Shown one piece after another: positions 9,600 to 20,937 of a DNA stretch of 64,000 nucleotides. A program made the position numbers and the translations under genes. This DNA comes from Nemertoderma westbladi. Its lineage: Eukaryota; Animalia; Xenacoelomorpha. The notes under the pieces are model-generated. The model searched no databases. It was not told where the DNA came from and saw only the letters and a program-made list of their open reading frames with translations. The first letter of the stretch is position 1; each line of letters begins with the position of its first letter. The stretch lies in contig JAUCBJ010007696.1 of assembly GCA_032718475.1 (NCBI GenBank), positions 62,001 to 126,000 on the forward strand, written 5' to 3'.

Positions 9600-12500
9600 C
9601 AGTCTTGTTCACAATTAAAATCCATTCTTCAATCTCCATCAATCTTGGTCAATCTAGTCCCATAGAAAAATAATAGTTAGATTGATGAAATTGAACCTAC
9701 TTTCAACTTCTTCAATCCAGACTTTCTGTCTAGATTGATCAGATTTAACCGATTGAAAATGTAGAGCCGAAGTATCCCTCTGTGCAGAGATGCCATGGGT
9801 TAGTAGGGCAGGCTTATCCATACCTAAAGGAATAAAGAGCAGGGCGGCTAGGCGGGTAGACTAAGCTCAAAGAGCAGGGCGGCTACTTCAAACATCTATA
9901 GGCCAGGCTACTATTGGAATCCCGCAGAGCTTGAGAGTGATTGACAGGCACAGTAACAATACAGATGGTGTATGGTGACTTTCTGAATTGCAGTTTCAGT
10001 ACACCTGCCGTCTGCAGAAGTTATTGCCAAATTTCTCCTTTCCACTCCAACTCCATAAGTCAACATGGCATGGCCTTGTGTAACAAAGCCACTAATGAAA
10101 TGGGCCGCACTTTTGCCGCCTAGTTGAATTAATAACATGTTGCCCTGTCAAGCCAGGAATGCCTTTATAAATTTAATCAAGCTACAGTCATACTGATAAA
10201 TATTTTCCACTTTATATAAATAAACAAATTTAAAAGCAGAATCAATATTCTTAATTTTCTGAAACTAAAGAAACCGAATGTCCTAACATTCGTTTCTCAG
10301 TTAGTTTAACAGTTATGTCCTTGACGTCCAAACCTTTATTACTTTGTTTAACCGCTATATTCCACCATATTCGTTATATAGACTTGAGGCACCTGCTCCA
10401 ATGAACCTCCGCCGCCCGGCCGATCGCCCGCTGGCCGTAGCGATCAGGGCTAATTGGATTGCAGGGAGTAGGAAATGCCCCCCCCCCCCCCCCCCACGTT
10501 TGGCCGCCACGCTCAGTAGGCCCCTCGCTTAGACAATAGTCTATGCAGCAAGAGGAAATTGATAAGTACAGTAGGAAAGACTTGTCTTTTCTGTGGGCCG
10601 CATACCCGCATGTATAGATAGAGAGATGTGCAGATGTGAGTGTAGGAAGTAAAGTTAGGCATGGGCGGGGGTGGTTACATTAGGTAGGTTAAATATGATT
10701 TTCACTCAGCGCAGTTCGCACTAAAGCGTCTATCCCTATCGATTATGTTGCCATTTTTTGTTACTTGTTCGTTTCCCACCCTCCCTTGCAATCAATATTA
10801 AAACAGACCCCTGCGCCCCTGCGAATGTTTGATAGATTAATTGTTACCTATATATAATATTCAAACAAAAAATAATTGTTCTTGTTCATAATTAATTATA
10901 TTTATGGAATGATCTCTTTATTAGCTAGTCCAAATGTAATCAGTGAGTAAAACATTTAATTTGTAAAAGTTATAAATAATTATGCTTACTACATATACTT
11001 TATTTGCTTGCAAGTGCCCCATAATTATCTGATCCCTGCAATAATCTCTTTTAAACCAAGGCAACGGCTCTATTTTGGGGAGCCAACCATGTCCGCCTGT
11101 CAATCACTCAGTTGGCTAGAAACCTGCGGCGTCATGAAAGATATTTCCAGATTGATGAAATTGAGCAGATTGAACAGATTGAAGAATGGACTTTAATTGA
11201 GAACATAACTGTAGATAAAACCTTCCGTTGTTTTGGGAGGATTCGTGATATTATTGTAAAGAATGGATTTGCTTTTGTGGTAAGTCAGTACCGGTACTGC
11301 ATAACGGCTGCTCCATGCCATAAACCTAGTACCGGTACGGTAACTGAAATGTTTTGAAAATTGTGATTTTTCGCCCTAAATGGCGTTTTCGTGGGTGGGC
11401 ATAGAATTCAGCTGGCACAATCCAGCAATCTTAAAGCCGTATCTGCAACCGGTGCTGATATATTACTATCCAGCCAGCTATCTACTATGCAATTCGAACT
11501 AACAATTCATACCCATTTTCCTCACTCAAAACACAGCAACTGCAAAATAATGCTAGTTATTGAGTTACTCGGTTACTGGGCTGCCAGGCTGCTGGGTTTT
11601 TAAAATGTATCAACTGAATGTAATCACTCGATTTTATTGTTGCAACGGTTGCAAAACCCAGTTTGTTGAAATATATGTTATATTCCCTTTCCCAAAATGT
11701 AGCAACTGCAATGCTGCAATGGGTTGCAGTTACTAGGTTTTGGTAAGTAGTTACTGGATTTTGGGAGCACAATACAGCAATATCTGAATTGTGGTGAAGG
11801 TACTACAGTCAGACAGTACTAGGTTTTGGAAAAGTTTTCCCTGTTTAAATTTTGCAGAGTTTGATTTCCCAATACCTAGTAACTGTTAAGTTGCTGTTAT
11901 TTTATTGTTCCAAAAATGTAATTCTGGAATGATTGAGTGGAGGGGTATTTAAATTGATCAATTAGTGTGATTTCATTATGTTCAGTTATTCATGGGTCGT
12001 ACTAAATACTACAAAAAGCACAAAACAAGCACAAAAAAGCACAAAAAAGTAAAAAAAAAAGCACAAAAAAGTAAAAAAAAAAAGCACAAAAAAACATTCT
12101 CACATCAAGAGACATGGGGGGGGGGGCGAAAATATGAGAGATATTGTTACAGACACACCCCCCCCCCCCCCCCCCCCCACATACGAAGGTAACCCATACG
12201 CCTATATGATTGATTAATTTGCAACGTTCTGACCTACAGCAGTGGTTAAACCCAGGCAGGAACTGTGTTTCCAACAGACGCAGATATCGTAACCAAGGCA
12301 GTTCCGACCTAAGCGAGATTCTTGCAAGTATGACTATGACTAATATCATCATACTTGTCCTCAGACGTTATCAATCGCCCACTCGAGAGGTTCGGGAAGA
12401 CCGTGATGTGATAATTGTACAGTATGTCGATTTATCGGTGAATAAAGGCATTCCAATAACAGAATAATCGCGATTTCGGTCAACACTGACATATCCAGTT

Positions 12501-15500
12501 TACAAGCGCCTATGCTGCGTCGCTACATCTCCCACATCGCTACATCGTTACAAGTAATTAACCAGAACGCTGATAAGTTGACATAATGTGACAATAACAA
12601 AGTCTATTACAGTATTATAAGTTCTATCCTGATATTTGAATTGAACCATCTTTACATTCTGACATTAGCCTGATATTGCACTAGGGTGCTCATGGTAGGG
12701 CTGTACCTGTAAGTGCTCGTGCTGGTACTCACTCACTGGCAGCTATATGACATGAAAGAATACTGGACATGTGATTATCCTTCCGGTAGCCTAGACACTA
12801 CTGCACTACATGATATTGCTTCTATCATCTGTTCTATTACAAGCTCAATAAACAGCTATCAGTTTGATTTTTTGTCCTTTTTTTTACTTTTTTGTGCTTT
12901 TTTTGTGCTTTTTTTTTACCTTTTTTGTGCTTTTTTGTGCTTTTTTGTGCTTTTTTTTGTGCTTTTCTTGATTTTTTTGTGCTTTTTTGTGCTTGTTTTG
13001 TGCTTTTTGTAGTATTTAGTAGGACCCGTTATTCATTGCAGCATTGACCCTTGGACAAACTGCAAACTACTGCCACATTGAACTATAGGCCTACAGGAAA
13101 ATTCTCCGTGATGGCCTTCACATTAGTTTTGCAAGCCAAATTCGGATAAAAGTGGATTTTGTTTGGAAACCGATCTAAATGAAAGACCCTTGGATGAACA
13201 AACTACAAAAGAATATAGACGTCACTTATATATGGCATCTCTAGCTCACAATGAATATAGGCCTACCAAAGACACTAACAACTAACATCCAATCTAAATA
13301 AACTGCCGCTTACGTTATGGAAATGCAGAAGGTTCTGCAACTGCCCTACTGGGTATTGAAAATAAAAATAATTACACATTCAATAAGGATAGTTCTGGAA
13401 AACAAGACAGAACGAAATGCCAGCCCGCAAAAGCTAGAAAACCTTAACTGCGATTATTTCAGAACTAGACGGAAAGCACTTACTTACTAGGTTTTGGCAT
13501 GGAGCAGCCGATTGGGCCTACGTATATACTGTTATAGTAGTTTGAGTAAGTTAGGCCCACGGGCTGACCGCCGGTAGTAAGAACAGAAGAATGTAGCGTA
13601 CTACCACACCGGCAACAGGAAACATACAATTAAGTAGAACCTGCGTCTGTGCGTTGATAGACATATTGTACTTAATCCAACCGGAGAGCTCTAGAGCTGT
13701 ACTGATATGATAATAATTATGAATAGTACATTTTCATTGGACGCTTAAAGGCTGTAAGGAGTGTAGTAAGGCTCACTCAATCGGTTCGTTAGGCCTACCG
13801 TAACACGTTCGTGGGGCCATCGTGCAGGATGAGGCTCAGTTATTAGATACAGATTAAAATTGAGCAATTCTATCCCAAAATCGGTACTTAAGAAATTTAA
13901 ATAAATAATTAAGAAAATTTAACCAAAACCAATAAGAATACATCAAAGAAGAGAAGAAAGACCCCCCCCCCCCCCCCCCACCCTCCTTCAAGCGCCCTTT
14001 TAATCTGCACCACCCCAACCCACAAGGAGCATAGAGGATTAAAGGAAGGCAGATAAAGCAAGCTGACTTTACCTCTACACTATGTAGTGGATATGTCCTA
14101 TTGATGTAATTACCTGTTGCCAAGTAGTGCTGAGGTGGTTGGACTATGGTTCCCAGCGCCAGTAGATATGCTAGGCAATATCAAGCATGCCAATGGATGG
14201 GGGAGCTGGACGTATAGAGACGGTGGCATTTTGATAACTTATTACGTTTAGATCAATTAAAAACACATTTCTTAAAGCAAATCTCTTGAACTAATTAAAA
14301 ACTATAATGGAATGGGTTATGGGAATACATTTATATAATTTTGAAGTATAATTATTTAAATCTTATATATACTAGAAAATAATTAATATCCTTTAAGAGG
14401 CAGGTTGAAATTGCTGATTTTACCCTAATCAACTTAATTAACTAATTAACTGCTATTATCTTAGCTTCTCGAAGGCCACACGGAAATTCAACTTGGAAAA
14501 TTTCTAAACTTTGGCCAGACTACATGTGTACCAAGTTTGGTTAAATTTCATTAACATTTGGCTGAGTTATTAACGTTTAAAATTTGGACACAACAGATCA
14601 ACAGAACACGTTCGTGGGGACTTCGCGCAGCACGAGGCTCAGATATGAGACACAAATTTAAATTTAGAATATAATAAAGCAGTACTCGGTACTCGTCTTC
14701 ATTGTAAGCCTTGTTGCGCTCGTCCTTATTTGTATTTAAATTTTTTTCCTAAACGCAGACTTGCGATCTTTATAACTATCGATGCGTTCAATAGCGAAGC
14801 CATGTGTTTTATAGGAGTATAGTCCTGTAGTCATCGCAGTACTCGTCTTCATTATAATCCTCGTTGTGCTCGTCCTCATTTGTATTTAAATATATTTCCT
14901 AAATGCATACTTGTGATCTTTATAACTATCGATGCGTTTAATATGCGAAGCCAGGTGTTTTATATGAGTATAGTCAACGCAGTACTCGTCTTCAGAATAA
15001 TCCCCGTTGTGCTCATCCTGATTTGTATTTAAATATATTTCCTAAACGCAGACTGGCGATCTTTATAACTATCGATGCGTTCAGTATGCGAAGCCTGGTC
15101 TTTTATAGGAGTATAGTCAACGCAGTACTCGTCTTCATTACTGCCAGCCGGAAACTCGGAGCAATAGGCCTACTGCTTGTACAATGCGTGTCAATTTCAA
15201 CACCGCCAGGCACTGGGTGATGGCAGAGTGAGATTAAAAAACCGAATTATTTCATCCTCGGTTACGGTTAGTCCAGTTTGCCCGTAGCGGCAGCGATACC
15301 GAAAGTCAAGGTAACAGACAGAGGCGGCCTTGGTCTGTTGGTGGTGAGTTCAGGAGTTGTTTGATTTCAATTCCAACACTTTTCTGGGCAGCTGGGTAGA
15401 CTCTGGTGGTAGTGGGTACCTGAACTAAGAATGCCAGTAGTGCGGTAGTTCTGTAGTTAGCAGTTGCTTTGCTACCAGTCCGGTTCTATAGTCTGACAGT

Positions 15501-18500
15501 CGTAGGAGTAGGCAGGCAGGGCGGTACGGCGCCAACGGCAGAACGGACCCTCTAAACTAATTCAGGACCGCAGTCCAGCAGTCCGCACTACAGTGCATGG
15601 CTAATTAGGGCCTACAGAATTTGGCCTGTCCTGTACCAGTATACTGGTATATACCGGTACGTGATCTATAATCACTGCACCGGTACCGCGGTACCAGTCA
15701 GCCAGTACCGTAAAACACCGAACACAGTATGGTATTGCAGTATTGTCTGATTGCAGGATTCCTGATTCAGGGATTGAGTATAGTACCGGTACAGGCAGAC
15801 AGGCCACAATGGTATTACTGTAATTTCGTAATTTGCCAGAAACCCAGCTGATTTAGTCACCTAGCAACCCGCTGATGTCAAGCATTATAATTTTGGATAA
15901 ATAAATTTATTATAACTGTAAGACAGTTGCACTGGTGCTGCACGAAGGCCCCAAGCAAATTCAACTTGGAAAATTTCTAAACTTTTGACAAACTATTTCA
16001 GTATTTGTCTACCAAGTTTGGTTACATTTCATCGAGGATTGATCGAGATATTAACGTTCAAAATTGGACACTGCAAAAAAAGCGACAGATCAGCAGAACG
16101 ACAGGTTGTCTAATGGTACCCCTACGCTAAGGCTCACTCACTTCGTGGCTCGCCCCACAACAGAGCAACAGAACAACAGACACACCGATTGAGTTAGTGG
16201 TACCTGTATGCTAAGCTCGCTTACTTTCGTCGCGCGCCCCACACTGTGTAGGTGTAGGAGGGGAGTAGGCCTTCTGTGTATCGGTATTTATTCGGTTTAT
16301 TTTAGGAATTCGAAGACAATCGGGACGCCGACGATGCTGTCTACGAGATGGACGGTCGCGAGATGCTCGGTGAACGTATCGTAGTGCAGCACGCGAAGGG
16401 GCCGGGTTGGGGGCGGGACCGAGATCCGGGGGCGCGTGAGAGCGAGTACGGGGGGCCGTACGGCGGGGGGGCCAGGCGGCCGGAGTACGGGGGGCGAGGG
16501 GGCTACAGAGGGGACTCGGGGGGCTACAGAGGCGACCGAGGGGGGCACCAAGGGGCCCGATCCACCGGGGGTTTGGATAAATACGGGCCCCCCACCAGGA
16601 CCTCACATCGACTCATTGTACGGAATATGAGTAGCAGAATGAGTTGGCAGGTTAGAATAATGTGTAACTACGGTACTGCCTTATTCAGATGTTGCAGATA
16701 TGTGATTCCAATCCAACATGTTGATTTTCTGTTTCCCTAGTGCGCGTATACACCATCTCCCTTAATACAACAACTTAATACAACTGACCCCTTAAAAAAT
16801 TGTTGGTTGTATTAAGGGAGATGGTGTATACTCTTACTGTATACAGACAGAGTGCAGTATATGAAATTTGAATGTTTTGATTTATTATATTTTATTGTTT
16901 TAAACAAATCAACATAAATTATCTGTTTTCTCTATTTAAAGAATTTAATTAATTTATTATATTTTTCTATAATCAACTTCCTTTCAATTCGCGTTTGATC
17001 AAAAAGCTACTCGTTTCCAACTTTCGCAACTTAATTGGCGAACAACAAACTAATTTTTTGCTTTCGGGTTTTTACCCTTTTTATTTTTTGTTGGTTTTCC
17101 CATCCGGGTTCTTTTTCAGACGATAACTTTACGTCAACTATATACAATCAATCTTATAACATTATCTGTTATTAGAGGCCGATGAGGTTTTTTAACTTCT
17201 ACTTTTGCTTTTCTTGTTTCTTAAACTTAAACTGTTTTAATTTTAATTAATTAAATGATACTTTTGTTGATCGTATCTTTTGTAAGTCTGTTTGCTATAT
17301 TGTACTGGTAAATAATTACTTAATCTTTCTTGTCTGGAATTAATCGTAACTTATTACCAACATGTGTACCGGTATATTTATTTTATTCAATATTATCTCA
17401 TTTACAGGTCAAAGCCCTTCAATCAATTGTTTAATTAATTATCAATAATGTTAATTATGATGTTTACCGTCATTATTCTTATCAACCCTCAAGTTTTATT
17501 TACGTTATACAAAGTTCTGACGAGCTGCCAATGTCCAGCACTATTGTGATGTCACCAACAATGACGTCATCATTTGGTAGTCAAGGCAACACAAATTCAT
17601 GTAGAGGTCAATAATTGAGCGGACAATGACCATGCAGTCAGTTGAGAAGTAGTCCATTGAGTCAGTGTTAGACAGAACAGAACATACAACGCCACCAATC
17701 AATTGGTCACTTTTACCATCTCATTTGGGGTGTTGATGCAAGTCATTGAGGGTGTTAAGATGCAATTTCAGTGCCAATATCAACTATAAGACAGGTAATA
17801 TAGTTCAACTTATGTCTGTCTAGGTGTTTCTGTTAAAAAAAAGACACTTAAAATTGAGTTTTAATTAGGTCCATAAAGTGTTTATGTCTCATGTTTATTT
17901 TATTTATTTCGACAAATCATGATTTAAGAGATACATGAATCTCGAATAATCTAAATCGGAGAATCGGCTGTAGGTAAATCAATTACAGATCTGTATTTCT
18001 TAAAAGGACCAAAAATTCAATATTAGAAATTTTAATGTCGGTTCGTGTATCACAACAAAGTGTTTTTATAACTACATCCCTTAATGCCATTATAACAACG
18101 GATGTTAAACAATTATTTTTTTTTATAGAACGAGAACCTGTCATATTATTTGGCAGAAACTCAAAGTTCTTAACAATTCATTATTATTTTATGTAACTTT
18201 CACAAACTACAGTACCTACTTTGGTTTGTTTTATATTATTGTTCGTTTTTGCAGCTTGCAGATCGAATATGGGTTGCAGCATGTTAATTAACTTATATTC
18301 TCAGCTGAAAGTTCTTTAGAACTAATGATATGATAAATAAATTAAATTAACAGAAGAAACACATGTCATGTATTATTAATAGGCAAATATGACAAAGAGA
18401 GGATTCTAGAATTACTTATCAACTATAAGAAAGACTTAGTTTCGGTTCTGGGTATCAAGGGGAACTGCTATTTAAATTTTTGTTAATTGAATTATTCTGA

Positions 18501-18909
18501 ATTGATACAGTTACTGCACATTTCTGCATTGCTGCATGTTTCTTATTATCTTAGATTCTGTTAAACATTGTATCCTCTAGGATCTCAAAGACTTTGTTAG
18601 GAAGGAGGGCGAAGTCACATATGCCGAGGCTCACAAGATCCGTAATGAAGGCATCGTTGAGTTCGAAACTCGTAACGATTTAGTCGCCGTTCTAAAGAAT
18701 TTAAATGGCATCGAAGTGAATGGGAGAGTTATAGAGTTTATAGAAGATCAACCGTAAGTTGGTTGTGTTCCTAGGGTTTTAGTGAATAGGAGAGTTAGTA
18801 TATATATGGACTGTGTTACTAACACATTCGATTTTTGACGTATTTATCAATGTATCTGTTACAGGGGTTCCAGGAGTGCATCACGATCGCGTTCTAGATC
18901 TTATCGCAG
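9546..18909 (+). CDS. SRSF4/5/6-like: Multi-exon SR-family splicing factor (SRSF4/5/6, B52/SRp55-like): RRM1, Gly/Arg linker, pseudo-RRM2, start of RS domain. Exon 1 is transposon-interrupted and the 3' end is unresolved, so it may be a pseudogene.
   Basis: Spliced translation: [18 protein letters not shown]|[22 protein letters not shown]|[32 protein letters not shown]...[25 protein letters not shown]|[19 protein letters not shown]...|[14 protein letters not shown]. It shows the family motifs [16 protein letters not shown] and SWQDLKD, with GT-AG introns in compatible phases. Confidence 0.93.
9600..11211. mobile_element. Non-autonomous TIR DNA transposon with TA duplication (Tc1/mariner-type signature) inserted in SR exon 1
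   Basis: Left end CAGTCTTGTTCACAATTAAAATCCATTCTTCAATCT matches the reverse complement of the right end, CAGTTATGTTCTCAATTAAAGTCCATTCTTCAATCT. TA lies at 9598-9599 and 11212-11213, with subterminal CAATCT repeats and no transposase ORF. Confidence 0.9.
11214..11279 (+). CDS. SRSF4/5/6-like: SR gene exon 1b (rest of exon 1, RNP1 KNGFAFV)
   Basis: GAT AAA ACC TTC ... GCT TTT GTG = [22 protein letters not shown], followed by the strong donor GTAAGT at 11280. It is in frame with exon 1a once the element and one TA are removed. Confidence 0.92.
11305..13510. mobile_element. Second copy of the ~2.2-kb TIR element
   Basis: Same TIRs as 14-2210; begins 25 nt into intron 1. Confidence 0.75.
11994..13027. 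mobile_element. Second copy of the MULE-like element
   Basis: Same TIRs and GTTATTCAT TSD as 705-1727. Confidence 0.88.
14689..15139 (+). repeat. Duplicate of the ~143-bp tandem repeat
   Basis: Matches 5645-6095 at offset 9044. Confidence 0.9.
16306..16650 (+). CDS. SRSF4/5/6-like: SR gene exon 2 (end of RRM1, RGG-rich linker, start of pseudo-RRM2)
   Basis: Acceptor ttttag (16305) and donor CAG|GTTAGA (16651) bound a GC-rich 345-nt open frame, [17 protein letters not shown]...SSRMSWQ, overlapping ORF 16348..16740. Confidence 0.95.
16751..16826. mobile_element. 76-bp mini-MITE with TA flanks in SR intron 2
   Basis: TA-CACCATCTCCCTTAATACAAC ... GTTGTATTAAGGGAGATGGTG-TA; perfect 21-bp TIRs. 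Confidence 0.8.
18581..18753 (+). CDS. SRSF4/5/6-like: SR gene exon 3 (pseudo-RRM2)
   Basis: Acceptor tcctctag, then [57 protein letters not shown](P); donor GTAAGT at 18754, phase 2. Confidence 0.95.
18865..18909 (+). CDS. SRSF4/5/6-like: SR gene exon 4 (start of RS domain)
   Basis: Acceptor gttacag and donor AG|GTAAGT bound a 45-nt phase-2/2 exon encoding [14 protein letters not shown]. Confidence 0.88.
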
Positions 18910-19608
18910 GTAAGTTCAATAATTTATTAATGTGAGAATCATCTGAGGAGACGGCAACAGTCGCCATATTATATCAGTTACACATCTAATAGCTAAGATC
19001 TATGAGATATATAAATCAATTAAATAACTTGTTCTTTACAGGCAAACAATCTTAACTCCATTCCAATTCAGTTTGCGTAAAATGTACTTTACAGCTGATG
19101 CTGATCAGGTGATCATATGCACTACTGAAAATTATAAATAGGTAGAGTTATTTATACATTATGTAAAAAAATAATGTTTTTTATATTCGAAACTCAAATT
19201 TAGCTACCGAAATTTTGGTAAAAACATTCGTATTATTAGATAATATTTAAAAATTGAATTTCCATTTGAATTTATTTATTGAAATTAAATCCCAATGAAA
19301 CATAATTTAATTTATTATCATCTTCATTCAAAATCAAAAGAAATGATTTAAAAAATATAAAACTCAATATTAATAATTATTAGTAGTCTGATCGCGTTAA
19401 ATATATTGCCGAGTAATAATAAATTATTACAATCATGACCGGAAAGAGTACATAAATAATACTAGAGACGGGCCTAGCGGCCCGTGAAGCAAGTCGTAGG
19501 AGACAGTACAAGTCAAGTAAAAGCTTTTTATTCTTGTCTGATAATCAATTAGTGTGAGGGAAGTCCCGGTGGTGTACGAGAAATTTTCTAGACAACTTCA
19601 AACCATAA

Positions 19609-20584
19609 CTAGAAAGCCAGCAAGCTGGCTGGAGGGAGCCCGGGGGAAGAATTCTAGCCAAGACTATTACAAAGAACTATGTCAGTCAGCAGTAAGTAAA
19701 CTAAACAATTGTCTAAACTGTAAGGCGTGAGGCTAGCTGACTTTGTGGCTCGCCCCACATGATAAAAAATGCAACTTAGCTACCACTAACAAAAATATAA
19801 TATGAAGCAAATAATTTCATTATCAAGAACGTTTACAAGATATAAGATACGATTACCGAATATCTATAAAAAATCCCATGATGCACAACCAAATAAATAA
19901 CAACGAATAGAGCCAAATAACAAATTTAGTTTCCTTCTATAGGTATTACCCCGTCGTCAAGCGGAATATCTCTTCCCAGTGAATCCTATGTGAATATGTA
20001 ATATATTATATAGGCGGTAGGCCAGAGCGGGCTCCTTAAATACATGCAACTACTGTATTATACTATATAGGTCAACTACTTTGTGTACCTAAAATTCATG
20101 CTCCTGATCCAACCCCTAACATAGCAGTGAGTAACCTTATTGTAGATATACCCTTAGGAAGCACTGGGAGAGCAATCAGCTTATGGGGTAATACATTAGA
20201 AACCAACAGCTTATGTGTGAGTAAACATTGACTTTCCTTATAGCCTACTAGTAAAACTTGGCAACCAACACGTTTTACTATGACTGTGTAGAACATATTA
20301 AGCCATATTTCATCATGAACACCAGCTGTTATTTTACCATTGCTTTTAATTTTGCGACAAAATAATGTCAAAAAACTAAATATATCGAATACCACACATA
20401 GAATCGATCTGAAATTTTGTAACGCGATTATGAACCACCAAAGCAATGTACTTGTAAAATTTCATCAAAATCGCCAGGCAGGAAGTGCCTGAACCTGGAT
20501 AATTATCAGTCAGTCAGTGTCAGTCAATGTAATGTATCCTGAAGATTCTTACAGTAAGTATCCCGCTGTCAAGCGGGCTCCTAA
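19609..20584 (-). mobile_element. Helentron-associated (HINE/DINE-1-like) non-autonomous element, family D
   Basis: On + it starts AA-CTAG, hairpin AGCCAGC-AA-GCTGGCT, subTIR GGAGCCCG. It ends with AAAATTTCATCAAAATCG, (CAGT)n, TTCTTACAGTAA, hairpin CCCGCT-GTCA-AGCGGG and CTCCT-AA. Confidence 0.65.
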
Positions 20585-20937
20585 TAATTATGTTGTAATC
20601 ATCTAATGAATTATAAAGCTGGTGTGATGATAGAAGATAGAGAGCAGTTAGCGAAATGATTATTTTGTTCTATCGGATAGAGTAGTCGGAGTCTCAGAGA
20701 GGAGTCGAGGTGTCAATTGATTAATAACAATAACAGCAGTTGTCATGAATTTAATACAATCGCGCACAAGAAGTGATAAGACAAATTCGTTCTTATTTTT
20801 GTAATAAATAAAACAAGTTGAGATGTTTCAATATAAACCGCGATTAACAATTTACACTGTTCAAAGTAAACCACGATATTAATTAAATACAACAATTATA
20901 ATATTATTATTATAACAGATTTTTATATTTCAAACTA

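Larger units (their letters stand above)
11292..15940 (+). repeat. Segmental duplicate, copy 2 (within SR intron 1)
   Basis: Matches 1-3149 plus 5408-6896. Confidence 0.97.

Noticed and set aside
9602-11214. Precise introner-style removal of the transposon using its terminal GT and AG
   Set aside because: The join gives CTA CAA TAA, a +1 frameshift with an immediate stop.
16211-16606. Antisense Pro/Arg-rich ORFs
   Set aside because: Shadow frames of the GC-rich SR exon 2.
20681-20776. Possible terminal SR exon (SRSLREESR... or ...SERSRGVN*) with AATAAA near 20803
   Set aside because: Acceptors are weak, RS content is poor, and it lies among HINE fragments (20800-20870 resembles 29027-29080).
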